Shown here piece by piece: positions 40,601 to 49,988 of a DNA stretch of 64,000 nucleotides; position 1 is the stretch's first letter, and each line of letters opens with the position of its first letter. The position numbers and the translations under genes are program-made. A model generated the notes under the pieces. The model made no database searches. It was not told the origin of the DNA and saw only the letters and a program-made list of their open reading frames with translations. Source of the stretch: an uncultured virus (IMG/VR IMGVR_UViG_3300042887_002641) (taxonomy: Duplodnaviria; Heunggongvirae; Uroviricota; Caudoviricetes); IMG/VR virus record IMGVR_UViG_3300042887_002641, positions 1-64,000 of that record. One strand, given 5' to 3'.

Positions 40601-43600
40601 TCAGGACAAGAAAAGGGAGTTTTCATTGGAGTAAGCGGATATGGAAAGCCAAATGAGTTTGCAATTAGTGATGTTGGCACTGGAATGTCTCCAGAAGATG
40701 TATTCACTAAATTTTTACCATATGCTCAAACAGGAAATGAAGGAGGTAATAAAGGATTATCTGGATTTGGAATGGGAAAAGCTTCTATTTTCATGGGTTC
40801 CAAGAAGTTCCTTCTTGATACTATAAAAGAAATAAATGGTAGAAAGATAAGAACAATTGTTTCTGGAACCCCAGAAGGATGGAATAATTTCATACAAAAG
40901 GGCAAAATAAGTTTAGATGAAACTCTTTTTAATCAACCAAGAGGTGATTTAAATTTTGATGGGTTAAAAATGTTTTGGAGAGAAGTCAATCCAGAAAAAA
41001 AGAATACTCCAATAATGGGAACCACTTTCGCTGCTTCTCCTTCTAAAGAGGGTTATATATCTTATGGAAGTTATTTAGAGAATAGAGCAGGAAAAGTAGC
41101 AGAACTTCCATTTAAATTTACTACTGCTTCTTCTGGTTTATTGAGGCAAACAATTAATACTAGAAATGAAGATCCTAGCTATAGAAAATATTATTTTTCT
41201 AAATTTGATCCTAGTAAATCTTCAGTACAAAGAACTTTAACGGCAGAAGGTGGAGAAGTAGATATATTGTTTGATCCTCAAGGAGATCCTCAAAAAACTT
41301 ATGGATACGCTCAGATTCCCATGCTGTCAGAGGGAATGAAGTATGCTAACTATAAAGTAGAAGGAGTAGACTATATTCCTAAAAGTTTAATGTTTAATGT
41401 TAGGAGTAATGTTGGTGCAGGTGATCCAAATTATCCTTGGAATACTGACAGAACTGAGTTAAGAGGGCCATTAGGCAAAATGGCAAAATCTGCCGTACAG
41501 GATTTAGCTGCACAATTAAAACGCGCTCAAGAAGATAGCGTTAGGAATGTCCCTTCTTATCAAATGGGTTCTGATCTTGAGCTTCTTGATGTTTCTTCTT
41601 CTTTGCCTAAAGGAACAATGGAGAGTATTGCTGGAAATCCTAAATTCCAAAATTTTGGTGCTGCTTTAAAAAGCGTTTTTGAACAAACAATTGGACAGGC
41701 TTCTGAGATTTTTGATCCAAGAATGGCTAATGCTTCATTTAGAGGTTTAGCTGTTGGAGCTAATTGGATGGGTTTAAATACTGCTTCATCAAAAGAAGTA
41801 GGTACGAAATCTATAGTTGAACCATTTGCTCATGTAGAGACAGTTATAGATAGAATTAGAAAGATTTCTCAAGAAAAAGCTAAACAAGGAAAGAAAATAA
41901 AATCAGTTGGTAAATTTAGAGACATCTATTCTAGAGAAATATTAGATACTGTTTTTCATGAAGCCGCTCACCAAGTTAATAGAACAGAAGGAGAAGCTCA
42001 TGCTAAATCAATGGCAAGCGTTTGGGCAGCTAACGCAGAGCAAGTGGGTTCTTATTTAAAAGAAATTCAAGGTTCTCTGACTCCCGAGTTGATGAACTTC
42101 ATCATTTCTACTTATAAGCAAAACAAATCTATTATTGATGAGGGCAAAGCTTCAAAGTTTAGAGATTTCGTATCTAATTATTCATCGGGTCATATTCCTA
42201 ACTTTGCTAGAATGCAATTAGGAAAACCCGGATTTTTTGGAACATTTTCTGCATTAAGAGGAAATCTAGGAGTAAAACAATTCCCAGATAACGAATCATC
42301 TACAAAATCTAATGTAGCAAATGAATACTTAGCTTCACAAGAACTTGGCCAGATGATTGATGCAGAACAATTAAACCCAATTTTTGAAACTCCTAAGATT
42401 TACGGAGCATTGTCAAAAGCTATACAAAAGAGTGCTATTTATAAAGAGATTTTTTCTGGAAAAACAGCACAAGAAATTTCTGAAAATTTAGACGAATATA
42501 CTGGAGAAAGAAGAGGATTTGTCCAACTCGCAGAAATCATAGCCGACAGAGCTACTTCTCAAATTAATGCAGGAGGTAGAATGGAGGCAGTTGATTTAAC
42601 TCAAAACCTTGGCAATATGATGTATAATCAAGTAGCTGAAGGTATCTTGTCGAAGATTTCTAGAAGAAATTATGAGAAATTACTAAAGTCTATTGAATCA
42701 AAAGACAACAAAGATGCAGAAGCTCAAATTGACAGAATTTTAAGCTCTATTTTTACTAAAGGTGGTAAAGTTAGTATAGTTGATACAGGAATGTTTAATC
42801 TAGGAAGCGGCCTAGCTTCTAAGAGAAAATCTTCTTTAGGTAGTCTCGGATACGAAGATGATTTTAGATTTGCTTCAGGTTATATTCCTAATTTTAATCC
42901 AGTTATGGAGGCAATGAATAGAGAGATGTCTGCTGGATATTCTGCTTCTCAGGTTAGATTAGGTAGAAGCGATAAATTAAAGACTAGCTTCAATCCAATG
43001 GGATTGGGTGTTTATAATTCTACAGAAGGATCTCTTAATAATGGAATTGGCTTGGCAGAGAAAGCTGGAATAGACCCTAAGACAAAAGGAATGTCTGCAA
43101 GAGGACATATTCCTAATTTTGCTGAGTTTGGGGGCGCAGATGCTTTTATATTAATTGCTGCTTTTGGAACTCTTAGTACTGCTTTAAAAGAAGTTGCAGG
43201 AAGCCTTAGAACTTTAAAAGGTAGTTCTGATACTTTAATTAAATCAAATGCTTCTGCTGCCGCTTCTTATTCTCAACAGATAGGACAAATACCAAAAGAC
43301 TTCAAAAAGAGTCAAAAAGCAATATCCGATGAGATTGAAAGAACATTTACAAATGTAAATAAAACGACTTTAAAGCTTCAAGGCACTGCTACTGGTCCTT
43401 TAGTAGGGAAAACAACTAGAGATCAATTTGGTATTGTTACAAGCTCTCCTGTTGCTGCGTCTCCAGAACAAGTAGCTAGATTAGAAGAGTTAAGAAAACA
43501 ACAATCTGAACTAAGAAAAAAAGCAAGAGAAGAATTATCTGCTGCTAGAGAAGGACGAAGACAAGCGCAAGAAAATATAAGACAGGCTCAAGCTCCTGTA

Positions 43601-46600
43601 TTTTCAAGAGCAAGTTTTGCGTCTGGAGGGCAAGCAGATAGATACGTTAGAGGGCTTGGCACTCAAATTGGTTTAATTGGTAGTGTAGCTTCAAATATTG
43701 GTGGACAATTCATATCTCCAGAAAATAAAACAGGAAGAGCCGCAGCTTCTGGCTTAGGAGACATAGCTTCTTTTGCTGGCTTAGGGGCACAGTTTGGCCC
43801 TTACGGAGCAATAGCAGGAGTAATTTTAGGAGCTGGATCTGCTCTTATTAAATTAAAAGATGCCAAAGCTGAAGAGGCTATTGATAAAATTAATAAATCT
43901 TTGGGAGAGACAAAAGAAAGATCTGCTGAGTTTTCTGGTGCCGCTCAAAATTACTCTACTTCTTTAGAAGGTTTACAAAACGCTTTAAATGATCCTAAGA
44001 CAAAGCCTGAAGCACTATTAAAGTTTCAAAATAATTTAACAGAAGCTTTAAATAGTATTCCTGAACAGTTCAGAAGTAAAGTGTTAGCCGCAGGGACGGA
44101 GATAAGTAAGGTTACTGAAGCTATTGGTGAAGTAAATAAAGAAATGGCCAATACGCAAAAGAATTTAGAGCGACAATTAGCTATCACGCAATTTATTGAA
44201 AAGCAATCTTCTTTTTTGGGTAGAAGTAGTTTAAAGCCAAAAGATCAAGAAGTGTTTAATAGATTATTCACCTCTTCTATTAGATCAGAAGATATAACTA
44301 AAAAATTTACTGGAGAAAATGCCGCAGCAGACTTTTCTAAATTTATTGATTCTTTAAAATCTCAAGCAATTATTTATAGTCAAGAGACTATTGGGCCTTA
44401 TGGTTCCCGCATAGGCGCACAACCAATGGTTAATAAAGAGAGCGTAGAAAATATAAAAGCTCAGTTAAAACAGAATACAGTTATTCCTGAAGAAATAATT
44501 GATCAGCTTGACAAAGCTTTTGCTGAATTTGATACTGTAGCATTAAGTTCTTTATTCGACTCGCTCAAAAAAGCAGGAATAGACGTTTTTGATTTCGCCA
44601 AAAGATCGAAAAACCTTGGAGAAATTTTAGCAGAAAACACTAAGAGACTTAAAGAAAATGAAGAAGTTCTTAAATCTTTAAATTCTCAATACAATAGCAT
44701 CAATCTTCAAATCTCTAATCAAATTGATATAGAAAAAAATCGCGCTCAAACTATTAGAGAGATAAATAAAATTCAAGCAGAAGGCGCGGTTTCAATCCAA
44801 AGAGCTAGAGTTAAAGGTCTTTTAGAATCAGCTACTCCATTTATTAGCGAGTCTTCAAAATCGGACATCCAAAATCAATTAGATCTAAATGAGATAACTT
44901 CTAGACAAAATTCTAAAATTCAAGAGGCTTCTAATAAACTTTTAGATTCTTTCTCAAATACGATAATTAAAAAATCAGAAGAAGCTAGATCAAAAGTTAT
45001 TCCTGCTATTGAGGGTGCCAAGTCTGAAAATGCTATTCAACAAGAAAGAGCCGTCTTCCAAAATCAAATTCAGAAATTAACTCCTTTAATTGCTGAATCA
45101 TTAAAACAAATAAATTCTGGTGGTAATATAGGAGATATACAAACAAATTTAATAAATAACATAAGAGGATTTTCTCAATTCAAGCCAGAAGAAAGAGATG
45201 TTCTTGTGCAAACTCTTGAAGTATCTTTTGGAGAGTTTCAAAATACTCTCGCCGAAATAAAAGCTCAAGGCGATATAGATATTCAAATTCAAGAAGCCCA
45301 AAGAGAATATCAAAAACAGTCTTTGGAGCTAAATCAAAGACTTTCTTTTGCTGGTGGCGCACAAGCTTTGAGTTCCACTGGTAAAGCGGGGGTTTCTGAA
45401 CTTTTTGATAATATTTCTGAATTAGTTTCAGAATTTAGACAAACTAACGTTGCTGGAAATGCTGCTCAAAGGGGATCTAGTGCTTTTAAATTGCTTGATG
45501 TATTAACTAATCAATTACAATTAAATAGAAGCATTGGTCAACCAAGCGGATTCATTGGACCCAGTGCCAGTGGAAGTGCTTTTAATAATCAAGTGTCTTC
45601 TGATTTAAATCCTTTGGTAGGAACAGCTATTGCTGGCAGAGTGCAGCAAATAAGAGAAAGCGTAGATTTAGCTCGCAGAGTTACTGAAATTCAAATGGGT
45701 AAACCAACAGCCGGTACTGCTTTAGGAACGGCTTTTGACCAAGCAAAAGAAGGCGCAGTTAAAACTGCTTTAGATCAAATTACTTCTCAGTTTAAGTTAG
45801 AGAATATGGGGAACTATCTTGACGTATTACAACAAGAAGCTAGATTCTTAAATGACCTAACACAAGATCAAAATTCTATTTTAGAAAAAACATTGCCAAC
45901 TACTATAAATGAGAACTTTAATAGAGTTATAACAGAACAAGTAGGCAGCAAATTAGATAGCTTAACTACTTCATTACAGGGAGTTATTAACAAATTAGGA
46001 GTTGCTACAAAAAGAAACGCTCTTGAATCCGAAATGTTTAATAAGCTTCCTGCTGACGTATCTCCAGCAGATAGACAAGCAATATTGAATAGAATAGCTG
46101 CGTCACAAAATTTAAGAGATACAGAAGGGTCCATATCTATGCAGACTAACAACGCCGAAGCAGGAATAAGACTAGCAAGAGAAAAAGAGATTAAAAAATT
46201 ACAAGATTATTTTAAGAGTTTTGATTTAGTAACAGTAACCGGAGCAGAAGGAGCTTTTACAGAAGCTTATAAAAATTTAATTGGAGATCCATCTAAAGTT
46301 TCAAGAGATGATTATGGGAATATTACTGGAGGTGTTAGCTATGGAAAAGGCTATTACGGGACTGGTACTTCTAGAGAAACTATAAATAATGCAGTTGTGT
46401 TGCAGGAAGATCTAGGCTCTTCCTATGAAGATCAATTAAGAAATCAAAAAAGATTAGAGCAATTAATCGCTTCACGCGAAAAATCAATTGGTCGTCCAGA
46501 GATTAACCTCTCAGGAACCTATAAAGGATTAACTCAAGATATAAATAGAGATTTTAAAGTCTCTATGGCAGAGGAGACTGTAAAGTCTATTAAATCTGCA

Positions 46601-48478
46601 CAAGAAGAGTTAAGAAGATTAGACTCGGCTTCTCCTTTAATGTCAGTAGGCAATAAATCAACTGCGCCTTCTTTACAAGATATCATTGATAAATATGGTT
46701 TAGCAGATCAAGGCGGTGCTAAAAGAAATTTACCAACTCAATTAGCTCAAGGAAGAGCAAATCTAGATAGTATCAATAATTTGCTTTTGGCTAGATTAGA
46801 AAATGATAAACAGCTTGTCGATCTTAACGAAAAAGTAAATAACCTTTTAAAAGAAGACCTAAATGATACAAAGAAAAGAGAAGACCTAATTAAACTTCAG
46901 ACTGAGCTAAGAAAGAAAACTTTAGAGCAAGAAGGTAAGGTCGCAGAAGAGTTGTATAATTTATATTACAAAGGTTCGTTTGGAGAAACTTTCTTTAAGG
47001 ATGAAAGAGCGGCTTTTGCTAATGCTAGAATTGAAAATGAAGCTCGTCAAGGAAGAGTAGCTATTGGAGCTATAACAGAAAAAAATACTACTTACAATAG
47101 AGCCGATTTTGCTAGAGATACTGGTCAATTGATCGACACTTTCCAAACTGATTTCAAATCAGGTATTGCTAGTGCATTTGGTGAAGCTATCAAAGGAACT
47201 AAAACTCTTAAGGATGCATTTAGAGATATGTTCCAAGGCATCTTAAATAGAATGCTTGATAAGTCTTTAGAGATGGGAGTTGATGCTTTATTTGCTTTTG
47301 GTAAAGCTGCAACTGGCAGAAAAGATGGTGGATTAATCAGAGGTTATAATTCTGGAGGTATGGTTGTTGGTGGCTCTGGAATGAAAGATGATGTACCCGC
47401 TATGATGAGTGGCGGCGAATACGTTATCAAGAAGTCTTCTGTTAAAAAATACGGTTCTGATTATTTAAGAGCCTTGAATGGCGGACTTGTTCCCAAATAT
47501 GCAGTAGGTGGGTTCTCAATGGGTCCATTACAAAATGAGTTCTTATATGATAATCCTGATCGTCCAACTTCTGGGGAGTTTGCTGTTGATTCTAGACTAT
47601 CAGCCGCAGCTTTAACTGACGAGAATAATCCTCAAAATAGATTAAGACAAGATCGCTATGAAAAACTTGATCAATACTTGCAAGACAGATCGCAGTATGA
47701 GAAAGACAAACAGCAAGCTATTAAAAATTACAAAAATCAAGTAAATAGCACTTTCTATTCAGGTTTAACTGCTGCTGCTGTTCAATTAGGTGCTGCTGGT
47801 CTTACGGTTGGAGCAGCTAATATGAGAACTAATGCAGCAACATCTGCTGCAAGAGGTCTAGAACCCGGAGGCAACTTAACTCAAGCTCAATTAAACGCTC
47901 AATATGCAAGAAATCTTAGGTCAAATGGCGGCTATATAGCTAGATTTGCTGGCGGTGGATCAACAGGTAAAGATAATATTCCTGCCTTGTTAATGGGCGG
48001 CGAATATGTCATGAACAAGAAAGCTGTAGATATGTACGGCAGAGACTTCATGAATCAATTGAATACTGGTACATTGCCTAAGTATGCCAGCGGAGGAATG
48101 GTTGGTACAAGTTATACAGCAGGTCAAAATACTCCTGAATCTAGCGTGACCGAACTAGTCGCTGCTCTTAATACATTGAATGAAAACCTTTCCAAGGGCA
48201 ATGACATCACCCAAGCTGAGTCAGGTAAAATTTCTGCTGCTGGAGCAAATCAAGAATCTGGAATGTCTGTAGTTAATAACATTTCAATTAATGTTGCTCA
48301 AAGCGGCGAAGTCACTTCTGAAGCTAATGCTACCACTCAAAATGGTGGCTCCAATACTAATAAAGATCAGAACAATATTCAAAACAATGCTAAACTCGCT
48401 GAACTACTCAGAAGCAAAGTCGTTGAAGTATTGGTCGAGCAGAAGAGACCCGGAGGATTACTTTACGCCAGCAGATAA
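37607..48478 (+). CDS. Tape measure protein with embedded enzyme-like modules
   Basis: N-terminal TP901-type TMP domain (LTDINVV...TEFSRQG...SFDELLG...TARGGAVIGNALKTIFTRI), long A/E/K/Q helical regions and hydrophobic segments. C-terminal lambda-H-like DxVPAMxxGGEYV modules. The central region has nuclease, GHKL, HExxH and kinase motifs. Confidence 0.9.
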   Translation: MATSAGNIPISATFAAAQLEKDVLSALNRIQSKSNLSLNTRNFSQPLGKITGLANEFQKSLEASNARVVAFGASAGLIFAVQKSFSSLVNTTIEVEKSLTDINVVLNTSSKGIKQFGDQLFSVAKNTGSAFKDVASAATEFSRQGLGLEETLKRTRDALILTRLSGLDVVSSTEALTAAVNSFTKEALTTTDVVNKLAAVDAKFAVSSRDLSEAIQRVGSSASEAGVSFDELLGIVTSVQQTTARGGAVIGNALKTIFTRIERPQVISDLKDFGIAVTDISGNALPTIKVIENLAQSFQNLNPVIKSQVAELVGGVYQINILKAALADVSKQNSAFAEATRTSSKAADEAILKNKALNESLSALLNETTINFTKFATSIGEASVGPGIRKVLGYINSSLESYNEKDAEGVGEKIATGVLSGVTNFITGPGLGIGAFAIGKLLANFTKFAGDATKNLLGLNTLGRQQAVLQSEIGKILSDNPDLIKDIISGSRTRLQVEQQIKQTLIEQAALAEQIKNSSIDIGGRFLASGLRVSEKNTIVGRRSAEGYIPAKQQAAEMVGAMQGGYTPGRVVAAPKSIGGIMNTAETVKYIPGFAQPYILPPQGSRAATQLASKSMAKNGINPYMAKGFIPNFAPKPLTNPSYGDNDWWLGSGLSAPVSLSQITTGTSAAWSQDKGFYKTDGSAFTANDLNTFVRRGATYGDIRKYVPDSLLKDDPRWKSGAISDLNAIRRDFAPGKKIAGQENIKEGIKQVYDPYVPPASMLVFDLDAKNKELFADEKTEEILTKRKEDGRAFKIKSYALNSSSQNEEKTNLITQTADFSRRTTKQIANYIRPGEYSDASVDEFFNKAGKNYSVLAGTIFEASTNLAANYTRDQSGGGVGDFDVIGGNIGNVRQFFPGFGDQYGDYKLRNNDDAVRSFIGKVKKKFGLQMAEHFKAQEKKVSQLSTGFSKGFIPNFAQKDFQTVNTARLMGINLAQMDINPETVFRESLQNAVAHGQSGQEKGVFIGVSGYGKPNEFAISDVGTGMSPEDVFTKFLPYAQTGNEGGNKGLSGFGMGKASIFMGSKKFLLDTIKEINGRKIRTIVSGTPEGWNNFIQKGKISLDETLFNQPRGDLNFDGLKMFWREVNPEKKNTPIMGTTFAASPSKEGYISYGSYLENRAGKVAELPFKFTTASSGLLRQTINTRNEDPSYRKYYFSKFDPSKSSVQRTLTAEGGEVDILFDPQGDPQKTYGYAQIPMLSEGMKYANYKVEGVDYIPKSLMFNVRSNVGAGDPNYPWNTDRTELRGPLGKMAKSAVQDLAAQLKRAQEDSVRNVPSYQMGSDLELLDVSSSLPKGTMESIAGNPKFQNFGAALKSVFEQTIGQASEIFDPRMANASFRGLAVGANWMGLNTASSKEVGTKSIVEPFAHVETVIDRIRKISQEKAKQGKKIKSVGKFRDIYSREILDTVFHEAAHQVNRTEGEAHAKSMASVWAANAEQVGSYLKEIQGSLTPELMNFIISTYKQNKSIIDEGKASKFRDFVSNYSSGHIPNFARMQLGKPGFFGTFSALRGNLGVKQFPDNESSTKSNVANEYLASQELGQMIDAEQLNPIFETPKIYGALSKAIQKSAIYKEIFSGKTAQEISENLDEYTGERRGFVQLAEIIADRATSQINAGGRMEAVDLTQNLGNMMYNQVAEGILSKISRRNYEKLLKSIESKDNKDAEAQIDRILSSIFTKGGKVSIVDTGMFNLGSGLASKRKSSLGSLGYEDDFRFASGYIPNFNPVMEAMNREMSAGYSASQVRLGRSDKLKTSFNPMGLGVYNSTEGSLNNGIGLAEKAGIDPKTKGMSARGHIPNFAEFGGADAFILIAAFGTLSTALKEVAGSLRTLKGSSDTLIKSNASAAASYSQQIGQIPKDFKKSQKAISDEIERTFTNVNKTTLKLQGTATGPLVGKTTRDQFGIVTSSPVAASPEQVARLEELRKQQSELRKKAREELSAAREGRRQAQENIRQAQAPVFSRASFASGGQADRYVRGLGTQIGLIGSVASNIGGQFISPENKTGRAAASGLGDIASFAGLGAQFGPYGAIAGVILGAGSALIKLKDAKAEEAIDKINKSLGETKERSAEFSGAAQNYSTSLEGLQNALNDPKTKPEALLKFQNNLTEALNSIPEQFRSKVLAAGTEISKVTEAIGEVNKEMANTQKNLERQLAITQFIEKQSSFLGRSSLKPKDQEVFNRLFTSSIRSEDITKKFTGENAAADFSKFIDSLKSQAIIYSQETIGPYGSRIGAQPMVNKESVENIKAQLKQNTVIPEEIIDQLDKAFAEFDTVALSSLFDSLKKAGIDVFDFAKRSKNLGEILAENTKRLKENEEVLKSLNSQYNSINLQISNQIDIEKNRAQTIREINKIQAEGAVSIQRARVKGLLESATPFISESSKSDIQNQLDLNEITSRQNSKIQEASNKLLDSFSNTIIKKSEEARSKVIPAIEGAKSENAIQQERAVFQNQIQKLTPLIAESLKQINSGGNIGDIQTNLINNIRGFSQFKPEERDVLVQTLEVSFGEFQNTLAEIKAQGDIDIQIQEAQREYQKQSLELNQRLSFAGGAQALSSTGKAGVSELFDNISELVSEFRQTNVAGNAAQRGSSAFKLLDVLTNQLQLNRSIGQPSGFIGPSASGSAFNNQVSSDLNPLVGTAIAGRVQQIRESVDLARRVTEIQMGKPTAGTALGTAFDQAKEGAVKTALDQITSQFKLENMGNYLDVLQQEARFLNDLTQDQNSILEKTLPTTINENFNRVITEQVGSKLDSLTTSLQGVINKLGVATKRNALESEMFNKLPADVSPADRQAILNRIAASQNLRDTEGSISMQTNNAEAGIRLAREKEIKKLQDYFKSFDLVTVTGAEGAFTEAYKNLIGDPSKVSRDDYGNITGGVSYGKGYYGTGTSRETINNAVVLQEDLGSSYEDQLRNQKRLEQLIASREKSIGRPEINLSGTYKGLTQDINRDFKVSMAEETVKSIKSAQEELRRLDSASPLMSVGNKSTAPSLQDIIDKYGLADQGGAKRNLPTQLAQGRANLDSINNLLLARLENDKQLVDLNEKVNNLLKEDLNDTKKREDLIKLQTELRKKTLEQEGKVAEELYNLYYKGSFGETFFKDERAAFANARIENEARQGRVAIGAITEKNTTYNRADFARDTGQLIDTFQTDFKSGIASAFGEAIKGTKTLKDAFRDMFQGILNRMLDKSLEMGVDALFAFGKAATGRKDGGLIRGYNSGGMVVGGSGMKDDVPAMMSGGEYVIKKSSVKKYGSDYLRALNGGLVPKYAVGGFSMGPLQNEFLYDNPDRPTSGEFAVDSRLSAAALTDENNPQNRLRQDRYEKLDQYLQDRSQYEKDKQQAIKNYKNQVNSTFYSGLTAAAVQLGAAGLTVGAANMRTNAATSAARGLEPGGNLTQAQLNAQYARNLRSNGGYIARFAGGGSTGKDNIPALLMGGEYVMNKKAVDMYGRDFMNQLNTGTLPKYASGGMVGTSYTAGQNTPESSVTELVAALNTLNENLSKGNDITQAESGKISAAGANQESGMSVVNNISINVAQSGEVTSEANATTQNGGSNTNKDQNNIQNNAKLAELLRSKVVEVLVEQKRPGGLLYASR

Positions 48479-49285
48479 TTCTTTAATCTTAGAATCTATA
48501 GTTAGTATAGCCTGATTATAGATTTGCTCTATATTGTTGTCTTTGGCTAATGGTAGATTAAGAAAAGGAGTCTTGTCTACCTTTACAATGAAGGCTTGAT
48601 TCAGGTATTCCTTGCCCGTAGCCTTATTTAATGTAATGCGGTATCGTTTTATATAGACTTCTCCTGTAAGGAAGTCGTCTTTAATCTTTTCATTTAACAT
48701 TACAAGAGTAGAAGCGTTTTCTCGCTTTACGTCCAATACAGAAAAAAACTTAAGAGCCTTCTTGTTGTCTTTACCCAAAATCAAGCTTACTTTTGCGCCT
48801 TTACCAGATCCGCCTTCTAATTCTGCTTCAGTAAAATTTTGAGTAAATTTTCCATTGTTAATTAAATGGAGTTCAGTAATACCGCCATCACTATTGACAG
48901 CTTTAATTTGAAGGACAGCTTTTTGGTTTTTATCTATGGACGATTCAAAGTAAGAATTTTTACCAATAGTTACATATTCATTTACTTTGTATCCAGATCC
49001 AGATTCAGTAATGTCATTAATTAATGCAGCATAGTAAAGAGCAAAATAGCAATCAATAGTGTCTCCATCTAAGATTAAATCTTTAATTGTGCCGCTAAAT
49101 TTAATTAATAAACTTGATTCTACAGTAAAAGGCTTGCTGTAGTTAATGACGGCAGTTCGCACAACAGAGAACTTCTCTGGGTTGCCAATAATTTCTATTT
49201 CTTTACTGGGTTCTATTGTAGACCAGTTTGCTAGGTTGTTAGAATATATGTATTCGTCGCCAAAAGAAAATAATACATCCGTCAT
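48458..49285 (-). CDS. Hypothetical tail-associated protein
   Basis: ESGSGY...NNG...GGSGKGA Gly-rich structural repeats. Last gene of the tail-tip operon, with a 3' overlap with the TMP. Confidence 0.55.
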   Translation of the reverse strand: MTDVLFSFGDEYIYSNNLANWSTIEPSKEIEIIGNPEKFSVVRTAVINYSKPFTVESSLLIKFSGTIKDLILDGDTIDCYFALYYAALINDITESGSGYKVNEYVTIGKNSYFESSIDKNQKAVLQIKAVNSDGGITELHLINNGKFTQNFTEAELEGGSGKGAKVSLILGKDNKKALKFFSVLDVKRENASTLVMLNEKIKDDFLTGEVYIKRYRITLNKATGKEYLNQAFIVKVDKTPFLNLPLAKDNNIEQIYNQAILTIDSKIKELSAGVK

Positions 49286-49288
49286 ATG

Positions 49289-49987
49289 TTACATTATATT
49301 GCCAATCACTGCTTTTACAATAGGATGTTTTGCGCTTTCTGATTCATATCCACTTATTTTAATCTCTGGATCTGAAATATAACCACAACCTAATTTCTCC
49401 ATTGTTAAAGAAAGTAGCTCTCCTTTTGAGCCTCTAACAGCATGAGCAGAAGCGGTTAAGCCGTAGTTGTATTCGGTTTCTTCAGGAGGAGAGATGGTGA
49501 CGCAAGGAACAGGTTCTGAGCATCCATATCCGGGGTCAATAATTTGTATATCAACAATATTATGAAAGGCGTTAAACTTGTTTATCTTTTCGCAATCATG
49601 AATGTGTTGCATTTCAGTTCTACAAGAGAGTTCTCTTAGAAACTTTTTGTTATTTTTAATGACTTCTGTTTGTTTATTGTTGGGAGTCTCTAGAGAGATA
49701 ATGAAGTCAATATCAAGCTTCTGCAATAAAGTGTTTCTTTTTGCAGTCATTTCTTTAACTTTTTTATCAATGAGATTTTCTTTTTTCCATATAGAGTTTC
49801 CATCAGGAAGAAATTTTCTATGTTCTAATATGCTTTGGTCAATGTGTTTTTCTAAAGGTACAATGTAGTCTACAACTTCATACTCTATTCCTACAAGCTT
49901 TAGGCGATCTAAATTTTCCATCAAGTCGAGAGAAGATTGGAGGTATTTGTGACTGCCATTTATAAAATATACGATGTAGTGTTTCAT
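49289..49987 (-). CDS. Tail-fibre-assembly-chaperone-like protein with DPGYG-type repeats
   Basis: KRNTLLQKLD...KKFLREL resembles fibre chaperone helices. IIDPGYG and LGCGY..DP.I repeats follow. Confidence 0.45.
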   Translation of the reverse strand: MKHYIVYFINGSHKYLQSSLDLMENLDRLKLVGIEYEVVDYIVPLEKHIDQSILEHRKFLPDGNSIWKKENLIDKKVKEMTAKRNTLLQKLDIDFIISLETPNNKQTEVIKNNKKFLRELSCRTEMQHIHDCEKINKFNAFHNIVDIQIIDPGYGCSEPVPCVTISPPEETEYNYGLTASAHAVRGSKGELLSLTMEKLGCGYISDPEIKISGYESESAKHPIVKAVIGNIM

Positions 49988-49988
49988 T

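Noticed and set aside
39509..42877. TMP inserts as inteins or homing endonucleases
   Set aside because: No Cys/Ser start with His-Asn end, and no LAGLIDADG or HNH motifs. The boundaries are GxIPNF repeats.
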